Of a DNA stretch of 31,097 nucleotides, positions 19,926 to 28,292 are shown piece after piece; the stretch's first letter is position 1, and each line of letters starts with the position of its first letter. Below the pieces are notes generated by a model. That model was not told where the DNA came from and did not search any database. It was given only the letters and a program-made list of their open reading frames with translations. The position numbers and the translations under genes were made by a program. The DNA is from Chitinophagales bacterium (GTDB lineage Bacteria; Bacteroidota; Bacteroidia; Chitinophagales; CAIODY01), in the NCBI GenBank assembly GCA_023251415.1, contig JAHEYX010000001.1, forward strand, positions 1 through 31,097, written 5' to 3'.

Positions 19926-20879
19926 TCAATAGCAAGCAAGTGGTTCTTGCGCTCGATTTTTATACATCCACCACATTACTACTAAAGCAATTAGTGTAGC
20001 AACTGCAGTAGGAATAATTCCGAAACTGTCGGTTTTATCAGTATCTATACTCGAATAGCCTTTTACCATAAAAAAATAAAGTACAACCTGCAGTCCATTA
20101 TTGATAAAATGAGCCAAGACATTGGTCCATATACTTCCGCTCCACACATACACATAGCCCAATACAGCACCAATTAACATACGCGGAAAAAAGCCCAGCA
20201 TTTGTGCATGAAATAAACTAAAAAGGGCTGCAGCCACCCAAATGGCAATGTGTTCATTTTTAAACCATTCTTTCAATAAGTTTTGAAGTGTGCCTCGAAA
20301 TAAAAATTCTTCGCAAACCGCCGCAGAAAGCGCAATCACCACCATGTTAAACCCAAAACCTAACCACGAAGTAGTATGTAAAAACGCTTTGGTTAATACT
20401 TCGGCGCTTTTTTCCATTTCCCGAAAATAGCTGTCAAACGGGCCAAAATGTAAGCCTTCATTCCATTCTACTACATAAGAAAAAACAGGCAAAAGCAATA
20501 AAATAGCCAATGTGGTTAGCAAGTAATTTCCTTTGTATTGGGGAGCATTTAGCTTTAAAAAAGATGTCCAATCGCCGTTGTATAAATACCCGTAGCATAA
20601 GGCCGGAATCAAAAACGAACCGATACTTGAAATCAATTGCAGCCACTTCAAGGGGTTGATGATTTTTGGATTTTTGAGCGGATCGGCAACTGCTTCAATC
20701 ACTACATTAAGTCCGCCATACCATGCAGCAATAAGCAGTAGACTTATCCCTTGTGAAATAAGCATCCCTACCAAAACAGCCGCTATTAAGAGCAACAGTT
20801 TAAAAAACGGATGCAATTGCTTAAAGCGATTCGGTGTGGTTTCAGTAGAACCCGGTGTGCTTGGTTGATAGAAATTCAT
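19926..20879 (-). CDS. CPBP (CAAX/Abi) family intramembrane glutamic endopeptidase
   Basis: Multiple TM helices; EEFLFRG, FSLFH, HFINN motifs. Confidence 0.92.
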   Translation of the reverse strand: MNFYQPSTPGSTETTPNRFKQLHPFFKLLLLIAAVLVGMLISQGISLLLIAAWYGGLNVVIEAVADPLKNPKIINPLKWLQLISSIGSFLIPALCYGYLYNGDWTSFLKLNAPQYKGNYLLTTLAILLLLPVFSYVVEWNEGLHFGPFDSYFREMEKSAEVLTKAFLHTTSWLGFGFNMVVIALSAAVCEEFLFRGTLQNLLKEWFKNEHIAIWVAAALFSLFHAQMLGFFPRMLIGAVLGYVYVWSGSIWTNVLAHFINNGLQVVLYFFMVKGYSSIDTDKTDSFGIIPTAVATLIALVVMWWMYKNRAQEPLACY

Positions 20880-20977
20880 GGCTTGTTTTAAAAGCCTTAA
20901 ATATAAGACTTCCGATTGCAGCGTCCGTTATTTTTCTTAAACAATCCTTTAAAAGCCGTTAGCAAGCGAATAAAAAA

Positions 20978-21385
20978 TTAACGCGCTTTCATTTTGTTGT
21001 TTTTTGCTTCGTGTGTTACTTCTGCTAAGCCCAATGCTTCTAAAAGTGGTGGCATATACATACCAAAACGGCCTCGCAAGCCCTTCTTCAAGCCATACCA
21101 ACCGCCCACCGGATTTTTTTCGGAACGCCCCCAAGCTTCAACAGTGCCGTCTTTTGCAGGCTTTTGTTCGTCGGCGCTACCTAAGTCCATCCAGTCGCCG
21201 TGCTTTTTTAACATGGTGTGCAGATCGTTGATGGCGCGCATGTCATACAGCAGAACTGTTTTTCCGACCGTGCATACCAATACTTCTTTGCCCTCTTTTT
21301 CATCTACATGCATAGTGAATTCAGAGGTTAAGGGTGGTGTTTTCAAAACCATAGGTTTTTCTTTAGTTCCGATTTTGTTTTTCAT
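20978..21385 (-). CDS. DUF6855-like conserved hypothetical protein
   Basis: LKTPPLTSEFTM, GSADEQKPAKDGTVEAWGRS, NPVGGWYGLKKGLRGRFGMYMPPLLEALGLAE resemble the DUF6855 family as I recall it; not database-checked. Confidence 0.7.
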   Translation of the reverse strand: MKNKIGTKEKPMVLKTPPLTSEFTMHVDEKEGKEVLVCTVGKTVLLYDMRAINDLHTMLKKHGDWMDLGSADEQKPAKDGTVEAWGRSEKNPVGGWYGLKKGLRGRFGMYMPPLLEALGLAEVTHEAKNNKMKAR

Positions 21386-21439
21386 AAGTATAGGTTAGGG
21401 GTTTATAAATGAGTTGTAAGTAGTGTTGTTAAATTGGGA

Positions 21440-21916
21440 TTATTTAGTTTTTGCAATGGTTTCAGCTTCCTTTTTCAAATCTGCTGCAAATTGTTCAAAT
21501 ACGCCATCAAATGGTGGAATGTATTTGGCATACATCGGAAAAAACAAGCTGACAATTTTTTCAACCATAGTAAAAATTACAGTTCCGTTGGCTTGTTCGC
21601 TAATGGTATATACGCGATTACCTTGTGCATCGCCCCAAATCATTTGCTTTTCGGTGTCCATGCTTTTTACTTTTAGTTTAAACGTGCGTTTGGCATCCAA
21701 TACCGATTTTAAACGAATGCCGGAACCAACCTGTATAGTACCTTCCATAGCAGTTATGGTAGTGTTCCAGCGGGTATAATCAGAGGCGTTGGTTAATAAA
21801 GCCCATACAATAGAAGCGGCTGCATTAATTGGAATGCTAACGCCGGTTTCGCGACTAAAAGTTGTTTTTACGGTGCTTGCTTTTCCGTTAGCTTGAAATG
21901 TAGTGGTAGTGTTCAT
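21440..21916 (-). CDS. SRPBCC (START/Bet v1/polyketide cyclase-like) domain protein
   Basis: IPINAAASIVWALLTNASDYTRWN start, beta-rich core, C-terminal helix FEQFAADLKKEAE. Confidence 0.88.
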   Translation of the reverse strand: MNTTTTFQANGKASTVKTTFSRETGVSIPINAAASIVWALLTNASDYTRWNTTITAMEGTIQVGSGIRLKSVLDAKRTFKLKVKSMDTEKQMIWGDAQGNRVYTISEQANGTVIFTMVEKIVSLFFPMYAKYIPPFDGVFEQFAADLKKEAETIAKTK

Positions 21917-21940
21917 TGGAATATGTTTTTTTGTTTTGTT

Positions 21941-22783
21941 TTAATTCTGACGATTGAGCGAAACAAAACGATAGGGTAAAAGCTGCTTTTTTTCTAAATA
22001 TTTTTCCATTACTTGTCTATTGTGTTCTAAATGATGGAGTTGTAAAGCAGCAGCACCTGATTTAAACGGGTCTAATTCTTGCAAAATTTGCATCCGAAGA
22101 TCAAAAAGATGCTCTTTATCTCCTTTTTCGGCTTGTTTGGCCAATTCAATTTTCATGATTTCCTCTTGCGTATTTTGTTTCGGATTAAAAATGCCGTTCA
22201 ACTCGGAGCATTGATGGCAAACGCCGGTTTTATTAATTAACGCACAGCGGCCATCAAATACTTGAATCATTTTGGAGCGACCGGTATGCAAATAGTATTT
22301 CACCATGGCCTCGGTAGTGTTGAGTATCGTTACTATTTCGGCTACTTTAAATTCGTACACTTCTTTTAAAAACACACAAATTTGTTGTTCTAATGGCAGT
22401 GATTTTGAAATGCAAGTAAAGCAAAACGCAACGTGTTCTTTTACTTCAAACTGCCCTTGGGGCGAGCTCATTCGAATATGCATGGCTTCTTGAAAAAACT
22501 GTTTGTTTTGCAATGCCGCTTCTTTAGTAATATCGGTCACGTTTTCGACCCAACGCTTTTGCGCACGCAAATTGTCTTTGGCCAAATTGGTGGCAATGGT
22601 AAAAATCCAGGTTTTTAAACTCGACTCGCCTCTAAAGGTTTGTAAACGTTCAAGTGCTTTAATATAAGTGTCGTTTACAATGTCTTCGGCATCAGCTACA
22701 CTGGCCGTGATGCGTAAAATAAATGAACGTAATGGTCCTATAAGCCCTTCAAATTCTTGGTTAAAAAGTTCTGCCGTAATCAT
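21941..22783 (-). CDS. ECF sigma-70 factor with a Cys-containing linker and ~100-aa C-terminal extension
   Basis: Region 2: DAEDIVNDTY...FRGESSLKTWIFTIATNLAKDNLR. Region 4: LPLEQQICVFLKEVYEFKVAEIVTILNTTEAMVKYYLHTGR. Extension begins CALINKTGVCHQC. Confidence 0.93.
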   Translation of the reverse strand: MITAELFNQEFEGLIGPLRSFILRITASVADAEDIVNDTYIKALERLQTFRGESSLKTWIFTIATNLAKDNLRAQKRWVENVTDITKEAALQNKQFFQEAMHIRMSSPQGQFEVKEHVAFCFTCISKSLPLEQQICVFLKEVYEFKVAEIVTILNTTEAMVKYYLHTGRSKMIQVFDGRCALINKTGVCHQCSELNGIFNPKQNTQEEIMKIELAKQAEKGDKEHLFDLRMQILQELDPFKSGAAALQLHHLEHNRQVMEKYLEKKQLLPYRFVSLNRQN

Positions 22784-23040
22784 TAGTGCTTGTTTTAAAT
22801 AACAATACTATTTAAAATCGCTTATGGTCACAACTAAACCACCGCTTATTTTACTATAAAATCATTTTTTTAACTCTTTAAATAGTAGGATTAGTTGTTG
22901 AATTAGTAAATTATCATGACCGGTTTACGCAAGTAGCGCTATAAGCAACCCGTTACTTTATTGCATATCGAATGACTTAGGTAAACGATTTTTTAGGTTT
23001 ATAGCAACGGCAAGTTGTTTGGAAAGTAGTACAACATTTC

Positions 23041-23435
23041 TTCGGAGCTACTACGAATTGCTCGGAATGTATTATGACATTGCTTTTTTGAAAGTTGGAA
23101 TTGAATCGTTGATATTATGACATTACTCCGTTGATATTACGACCTGAAAATTTGTCAGTCTGAATTGCTCCGATGATAATATGAGTTTACTCTGTTGATA
23201 TTACGACATTACTCCGTTGATATTATGACATTACTTTTTTGGGGGTCGGAATTGCTTCGTTGATATTATGACATTACTCCGTTGATATTTTGAGTTTATT
23301 CCGGAGCTAATATGAATTGCTCGAAATGTATTATGACATTACTCCGAAGGTATTCCGACCTGAAAATTTGTCGGTCAGAATTGCTCCGATGATAATATGA
23401 GTTTACTCTGTTGATATTACGACATTACTTTATGG
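23041..23435. repeat. Degenerate tandem array of about 18 units of 20-22 bp (consensus ATTACTCCGTTGATATTATGAC) with higher-order duplicated blocks
   Basis: Consensus-like units at 23100, 23122, 23186, 23208, 23251, 23273, 23402; a 74-bp block at 23140-23213 recurs at 23356-23429 with 2 mismatches. The frames I translated on both strands hit stops, and the ORF track lists nothing here. Confidence 0.92.
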
Positions 23436-23483
23436 GGAGGTTGGAGTATACGCTTAGATAAAACATGCACTTTTGCCCAATAA

Positions 23484-23513
23484 AAAACCCCATCTGAAAT
23501 CAAATGGGGTTTT
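23484..23513 (-). terminator. Intrinsic terminator of sucD
   Basis: AAAACCCCAT-ctgaaatcaa-ATGGGGTTTT stem 25 nt past the sucD stop. Confidence 0.85.
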
Positions 23514-23538
23514 ATTTTTTTATCGAATTCGGTTAGCA

Positions 23539-24411
23539 TTAGTTTCCTAATACTTTAGCCATTGTTTTACCAATATCTGCAGGGCTATCAACCACGTGGA
23601 TACCACATTCACGCATGATTTTCATTTTGGCTGCAGCCGTATCATCGGCACCACCTACAATTGCACCGGCATGTCCCATACGACGGCCCGGAGGTGCAGT
23701 TTGTCCGGCAATAAATCCTACAACCGGTTTGGTTCCATTTTCTTTAATCCAACGTGCTGCTTCAGCTTCCATGCCTCCGCCAATTTCACCTATCATTACA
23801 ATTCCTTTGGTTTCCGGATCGTTCATCAACAATTCAACTGCTTCTTTAGTAGTAGTTCCAATAATAGGGTCGCCACCAATACCAATAGCTGTAGTAACAC
23901 CTAAACCGGCTTTCGCCACTTGATCTGCTGCTTCATAGGTTAAAGTACCGCTTTTTGAAACAATCCCTACGCCACCTTTTTTAAAAATAAAGCCCGGCAT
24001 AATACCTACTTTAGCCTCGTCGGTTGTAATAACACCCGGACAGTTTGGTCCAATCAAACGCGTATTTTTTCCGCTTAAATAATCTTTCGCTTTCACCATG
24101 TCTTGCACCGGAATACCTTCGGTTATACATACTACTAATTCAATTCCAGCATCAGCAGCTTCCATAATACCATCTGCCGCAAAGGTTGGTGGTACAAAAA
24201 TGATAGAAACATTAGCACCGGTTGCTTTCACGGCATCGGCTACAGTATTAAAAACCGGTTTATCCAAATGCGTGCTGCCTCCTTTACCCGGGGTTACACC
24301 ACCCACTACATTTGTTCCATAAGCAATCATTTGTTCGGCATGAAAGGTGCCTTCTTTTCCTGTAAATCCTTGAACGATAATCTTCGAATTTTTATTAACG
24401 AGAACTGACAT
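23539..24411 (-). CDS. sucD: Succinyl-CoA ligase (ADP-forming) subunit alpha
   Basis: [49 protein letters not shown] phospho-His motif. Confidence 0.98.
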   Translation of the reverse strand: MSVLVNKNSKIIVQGFTGKEGTFHAEQMIAYGTNVVGGVTPGKGGSTHLDKPVFNTVADAVKATGANVSIIFVPPTFAADGIMEAADAGIELVVCITEGIPVQDMVKAKDYLSGKNTRLIGPNCPGVITTDEAKVGIMPGFIFKKGGVGIVSKSGTLTYEAADQVAKAGLGVTTAIGIGGDPIIGTTTKEAVELLMNDPETKGIVMIGEIGGGMEAEAARWIKENGTKPVVGFIAGQTAPPGRRMGHAGAIVGGADDTAAAKMKIMRECGIHVVDSPADIGKTMAKVLGN

Positions 24412-24483
24412 GTGTTTTGGGTAATGTTTTAGTTGATAAAATGGAATGCAATGTTAAGCCTAAAATTTGAAATTTCAGGTGGG

Positions 24484-24491
24484 CAAAGTTA
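24484..24491 (-). promoter_or_regulatory. Bacteroidota -7 box (TAACTTTG) for sucD
   Basis: TAnnTTTG on the minus strand, 72 nt upstream of the ATG. Confidence 0.65.
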
Positions 24492-24560
24492 AATAAATCA
24501 ATAAGGGTTGCAAGTAAAGTTTTTATCCTTCTTTTTCTTGGCTTCTAATTCCTGCTATAA

Positions 24561-25520
24561 CTACGATTCCAAATGACGTTCTACCTTGTTTTTTAACTTC
24601 GGAACGGTCTTCAAATAGGAATATATTGCTTTCACTTCCAAATCGCTTAAACGAGCATGCGGCATCATCGGATAGCGTAATGCCGGCCCATCTTGCACCA
24701 AACCGCTGCGCAATGCTCGATCAAAACGCTCTAAACTCCAGTTGCCGATACCGGTTTCTTCATCCGGTGTAATATTCGCACTCAACACCAAACGGCCTTC
24801 TAAATCCAATAAATGATTTCCTCCTCCAAAGAAACCGCCGCTCTTTTCGGGATTAACGTAATCTAAGGTTTTAAAATCGGCACTGTGGCAGGCATAACAG
24901 GCATACAAATCGACACACAGGTATTTTCCATAAGCCAGTAAGTTAGTGGTGTCGGGATTAGCAATAGGTTTATCGGGGTACTCGGATGGTTTAAACGCAA
25001 CTAAACATAAAAATTTCGACAACAGCGAATAGTCACATTCAACATTCGGGGTATTGTTTGCTTGCACTTCCGGCCGATCTGAATGCAAATACGATACGAT
25101 ACTTTCAATGTCGTAATCACTTAGTTTGGCAAACTTTGGCATAACGGGATTAAAAGAGCCATCGCGCTTTATACCGGTTCTTAACAAATAAACCAATTCA
25201 GCATCGCTGTATTTTCCTATACCGTATTCTTTATCTTGGGTGATATTGAAAGAGTGTATAGTTCCAAATTCTTTAGGCAAATCCAACATTAATCGTCCGG
25301 TAACTTTATTCGTCTGCGTCGATAAATGGCAACCGTTACACAACATGGCCGCTATCTTTTCGCCATTAGCTACTTTTTCCGGTGTGCTTTCAATTTTTAA
25401 GGATAATGTAGTGGTGGGATACGAAGGAATGCCTCGTATTTCTAAAAAGGCAACGAAGCCGATTGCGAGTACTAATACGGCAATCACGAGCCACATAAGG
25501 GCTTTGAGTAGTTTTTTCAT
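24561..25520 (-). CDS. Membrane-anchored diheme c-type cytochrome
   Basis: N-terminal TM; two CxxCH motifs (CNGCH, CYACH); each domain has NIT(Q/P)D..GIG and a distal Met (VMP, MMP). Confidence 0.9.
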   Translation of the reverse strand: MKKLLKALMWLVIAVLVLAIGFVAFLEIRGIPSYPTTTLSLKIESTPEKVANGEKIAAMLCNGCHLSTQTNKVTGRLMLDLPKEFGTIHSFNITQDKEYGIGKYSDAELVYLLRTGIKRDGSFNPVMPKFAKLSDYDIESIVSYLHSDRPEVQANNTPNVECDYSLLSKFLCLVAFKPSEYPDKPIANPDTTNLLAYGKYLCVDLYACYACHSADFKTLDYVNPEKSGGFFGGGNHLLDLEGRLVLSANITPDEETGIGNWSLERFDRALRSGLVQDGPALRYPMMPHARLSDLEVKAIYSYLKTVPKLKNKVERHLES

Positions 25521-25564
25521 AAAATAGAATTGGAGTTAGTGGTGAAGTAAATGGGTTAAGGAAA

Positions 25565-25572
25565 CAAATATA
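25565..25572 (-). promoter_or_regulatory. Bacteroidota -7 box (TATATTTG) for the cytochrome c gene
   Basis: TAnnTTTG on the minus strand, 44 nt upstream of the ATG. Confidence 0.6.
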
Positions 25573-25643
25573 ATAATAACTTATCATATTTTCTCCTTGC
25601 CATTTTCGAAAAACAGTAATCGTGCTTCAAATTAAGCGCTGCA

Positions 25644-28124
25644 TTAAAACTCAACTTGCAAACTGGCTTTAATGCCTAATGGTGACGCATACAAATACTT
25701 GGTTGGTTCTAAATAATTCAAACGCCAAACGGCATCAATACGCAATACTTTAAAGATGTTTTCGATACCGGTTCCTAATTCAATATAAGGCTGATGCGCC
25801 GGAATCTCAAACGGATTAACGGTTTGTCCGTCAATGTATCCGTTGTAATCTTTGTTGCGTTGATTCATGTTTCCCCAAACCATTTTACCGCCTAAGAAAG
25901 TACGCCATTTCAGTTTTTTCATGGCCGGTACATAGTTAAACGGAAACCCTCCCAAATATTCATTCAATCGAACACTGATGTATTCATCCGCTACAAACTC
26001 ATAACGGTTCATGTTGTTAAAAGCATACTTGTCGAAGTAATACGTATCATTGCCCGGCATCACTCCCAATAGGAAAATAGGCATGGGGTCTTTGTTCCAA
26101 ACCTTTTCTGCAATAATCGAATAATAGAAGCTGCCTATTATTCCGGTACGGAAATTATCATCAATTTGAATTCTTACTTTTTGATAATTGTATTTGCTGG
26201 CCAACCACCCTTTCATTCCTTTGTGCAATTCTACACTTACAATCGGGTAATCACTGCCTATGCTGGCTCGTAAAAATTCGCCGCTAATAAATTTCTCGCG
26301 GTAAGCAAAACGTGAGGTTAAAATTACTTCAGCATTATTATACGTTCCAAACGGCCCGTTAAAATTATTCTGGCTTTTTAAATCAAAATACGGATGCAAT
26401 TGACTTTGTACTAAACTCACCTTTTCACTCCAACCCAGCATCCATTCTTTCAATACCGAAAATTGAAACTCTTCATTGCCGGTTAATTTAGCCGGATAAG
26501 GTACGCGGCGCATTAAAAAACCGAACACGTTATTCTCGCCCAATTCTTCCGGTAATTGATTATAAGTGATGATGTCTTTTAAATAACGCGAACGAAATTC
26601 TAAGCGCGGTTTTTTTATTGGAACCCATATTCCTTTTAAATCAAATTTATAGGTTAAGTCTTTAAATCCATAAGCCCCATAAGCACTCAACAATACTTTT
26701 TTACTGAATAAGTTGGTGCTTTCTAACCCAAATCCAACACGGTACCCTTCAATACGGTTTTTGGCAAACAAATAATACCAGGGGCCAAACTCCACTTTGC
26801 CTGAAGGAAAATAACCCGAACCCAGCGTTGTTAATACTTGCGAATACGTTTTATAAATCGGTAAGGATTGAATGGTATCAACTAGTTTATAAATGTTCTT
26901 TTCGTTTTTAGAAAGCGTATCGTGCCTGATTTGATTCCAATAATCATCCTGCTTTTCAGTAGCACCATTTATAGTTACAATGTCCATTTTGTCTTTGAAA
27001 ACGGTATCAATCTGCGGGTTATTGGCTAAAATATTTTTGTAAGAAGTTGTCTTGCGACCAATCAATCCGGGTGAATTCTTTTTGGGAGAAATAAAGTCAA
27101 CCACAAACTTATCTTTCTTACACAACCATACCGAGTCAGTAACGGGCACATAATCTTGATACAAACTCATTCGGCTGATGTAGTTGATGTTGGCTCCCTT
27201 CGACATGGTCATACTCAATCGCTTAACAGCCCATGTGGTATCGTTAATCCACAAATCACCAATAAAGGTATTTTGTCCTTCACGCTTGGGGTGAAAGCTT
27301 ACTTTATAACATTTGCGCCCGTCTAAATACATGCTGTCAACCAATACATATTTGTAATAAAACAAGCCGCCGGCAGCAATCGGACTAATAAAATCAACTC
27401 CCAATAAGCTCATTCGATTATCGTAAATGTTTACATCCTGATACATGCTTCCCAAAAACTGACTGATGCTTTCATTATTGCCGCCGGCCAATCGACTGGC
27501 TTTAATAATTTCTTTTTTGGCCTTTGGCGATTTGCGAGCATAAAAATCACTGATCGATTCGGTGAGGTACATCGGCAAATACGGCTTTTCCTCCGATGTG
27601 CTGTCCATGTAATGGTAAACAAAATTGAACGGCTTCAACAATTTGTTGTTTTTCATTTTGTCGTTAATCTTGTTTACATCTACTTCCAACTTATTATAAA
27701 CTTCATACTGATAGGAAGAGAGTTTGTCTTTATCGTTATGTGATTTGTTTTTTTGAACTTTCTTGAAAATGGTAACAGCAGGATCTTCACCGGCAAAAAT
27801 GGTGGTGGTAGCTAATGAATAATTGGCCCGGTCTAATTCCACATTAAAGGTTTGCTGCAATGCCTTAGTAAGCGGCAGTTTTAAAGTGGTATAGCCCACC
27901 GATGAAAACACGATGGTATCGGCAGCAACACTAAAGCTAATCGAATAAAGCCCTTGATCATCGGTAGTAGTACCAATGGTGGTGCCTTTAATATAAACAC
28001 TGCTATAAGGCAAGGTTTCTTCGGTATGAGCATCGCTTACCTTACCGCTTACCGTAATGGTTTGAGCCAAGGCTGTGTTGATTAGGCTGAGTAAGCAGGT
28101 CAATACGACTAGGATATTCTTCAT
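25644..28124 (-). CDS. Outer-membrane protein with a carboxypeptidase-regulatory-like N-domain and DUF5686 domain
   Basis: Signal peptide ...ALAQ; VSGKVSDA..ETLPYSSVYIKGTTIGTTTDDQGLYS; YQYEVYNKLEVD; C-terminal ELGTGIENIFKVLRIDAVWRL and terminal F. Confidence 0.85.
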   Translation of the reverse strand: MKNILVVLTCLLSLINTALAQTITVSGKVSDAHTEETLPYSSVYIKGTTIGTTTDDQGLYSISFSVAADTIVFSSVGYTTLKLPLTKALQQTFNVELDRANYSLATTTIFAGEDPAVTIFKKVQKNKSHNDKDKLSSYQYEVYNKLEVDVNKINDKMKNNKLLKPFNFVYHYMDSTSEEKPYLPMYLTESISDFYARKSPKAKKEIIKASRLAGGNNESISQFLGSMYQDVNIYDNRMSLLGVDFISPIAAGGLFYYKYVLVDSMYLDGRKCYKVSFHPKREGQNTFIGDLWINDTTWAVKRLSMTMSKGANINYISRMSLYQDYVPVTDSVWLCKKDKFVVDFISPKKNSPGLIGRKTTSYKNILANNPQIDTVFKDKMDIVTINGATEKQDDYWNQIRHDTLSKNEKNIYKLVDTIQSLPIYKTYSQVLTTLGSGYFPSGKVEFGPWYYLFAKNRIEGYRVGFGLESTNLFSKKVLLSAYGAYGFKDLTYKFDLKGIWVPIKKPRLEFRSRYLKDIITYNQLPEELGENNVFGFLMRRVPYPAKLTGNEEFQFSVLKEWMLGWSEKVSLVQSQLHPYFDLKSQNNFNGPFGTYNNAEVILTSRFAYREKFISGEFLRASIGSDYPIVSVELHKGMKGWLASKYNYQKVRIQIDDNFRTGIIGSFYYSIIAEKVWNKDPMPIFLLGVMPGNDTYYFDKYAFNNMNRYEFVADEYISVRLNEYLGGFPFNYVPAMKKLKWRTFLGGKMVWGNMNQRNKDYNGYIDGQTVNPFEIPAHQPYIELGTGIENIFKVLRIDAVWRLNYLEPTKYLYASPLGIKASLQVEF

Positions 28125-28292
28125 CTATGCGGGTAAAAATAAAATATTTTGAAGCGGAATAGAAAATTTTTTCGGTAAGGCCTTCAATTGGACCGATAAA
28201 ATTCCTTTAAGTTCAATTCATTAGTGTCGCTCCATTCAGAAATCCGCTTTCATTTCATTTTTTTTGGCGAAATTGCGGCCTCATTCACAACC

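Noticed and set aside
20880-22800. Shared TTTAAAACAAGC just upstream of the CPBP and ECF sigma start codons (minus strand)
   Set aside because: It fits the generic A-rich, SD-less translation initiation region of Bacteroidota; two copies are too weak to claim a regulon.
23041-23435. CRISPR array
   Set aside because: Units abut each other; the variable 20-21-nt segments are themselves repeated and resemble the unit. There are no unique 30-40-nt spacers and no cas genes.
23041-23435. Plasmid or chromosomal replication origin
   Set aside because: The period fits iterons, but there is no rep or dnaA gene, no DnaA-box cluster that I could see, and the flanks are chromosomal housekeeping genes. 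Kept only as an analogy.
23539-24411. sucD without sucC as an anomaly
   Set aside because: The two genes are commonly unlinked in Bacteroidota.
28125-28292. Riboswitch upstream of purK (AAGCGGA...TCCGCTT pairing)
   Set aside because: Only about 7 bp of long-range complementarity, with no recognisable purine or ZTP aptamer core and no terminator.
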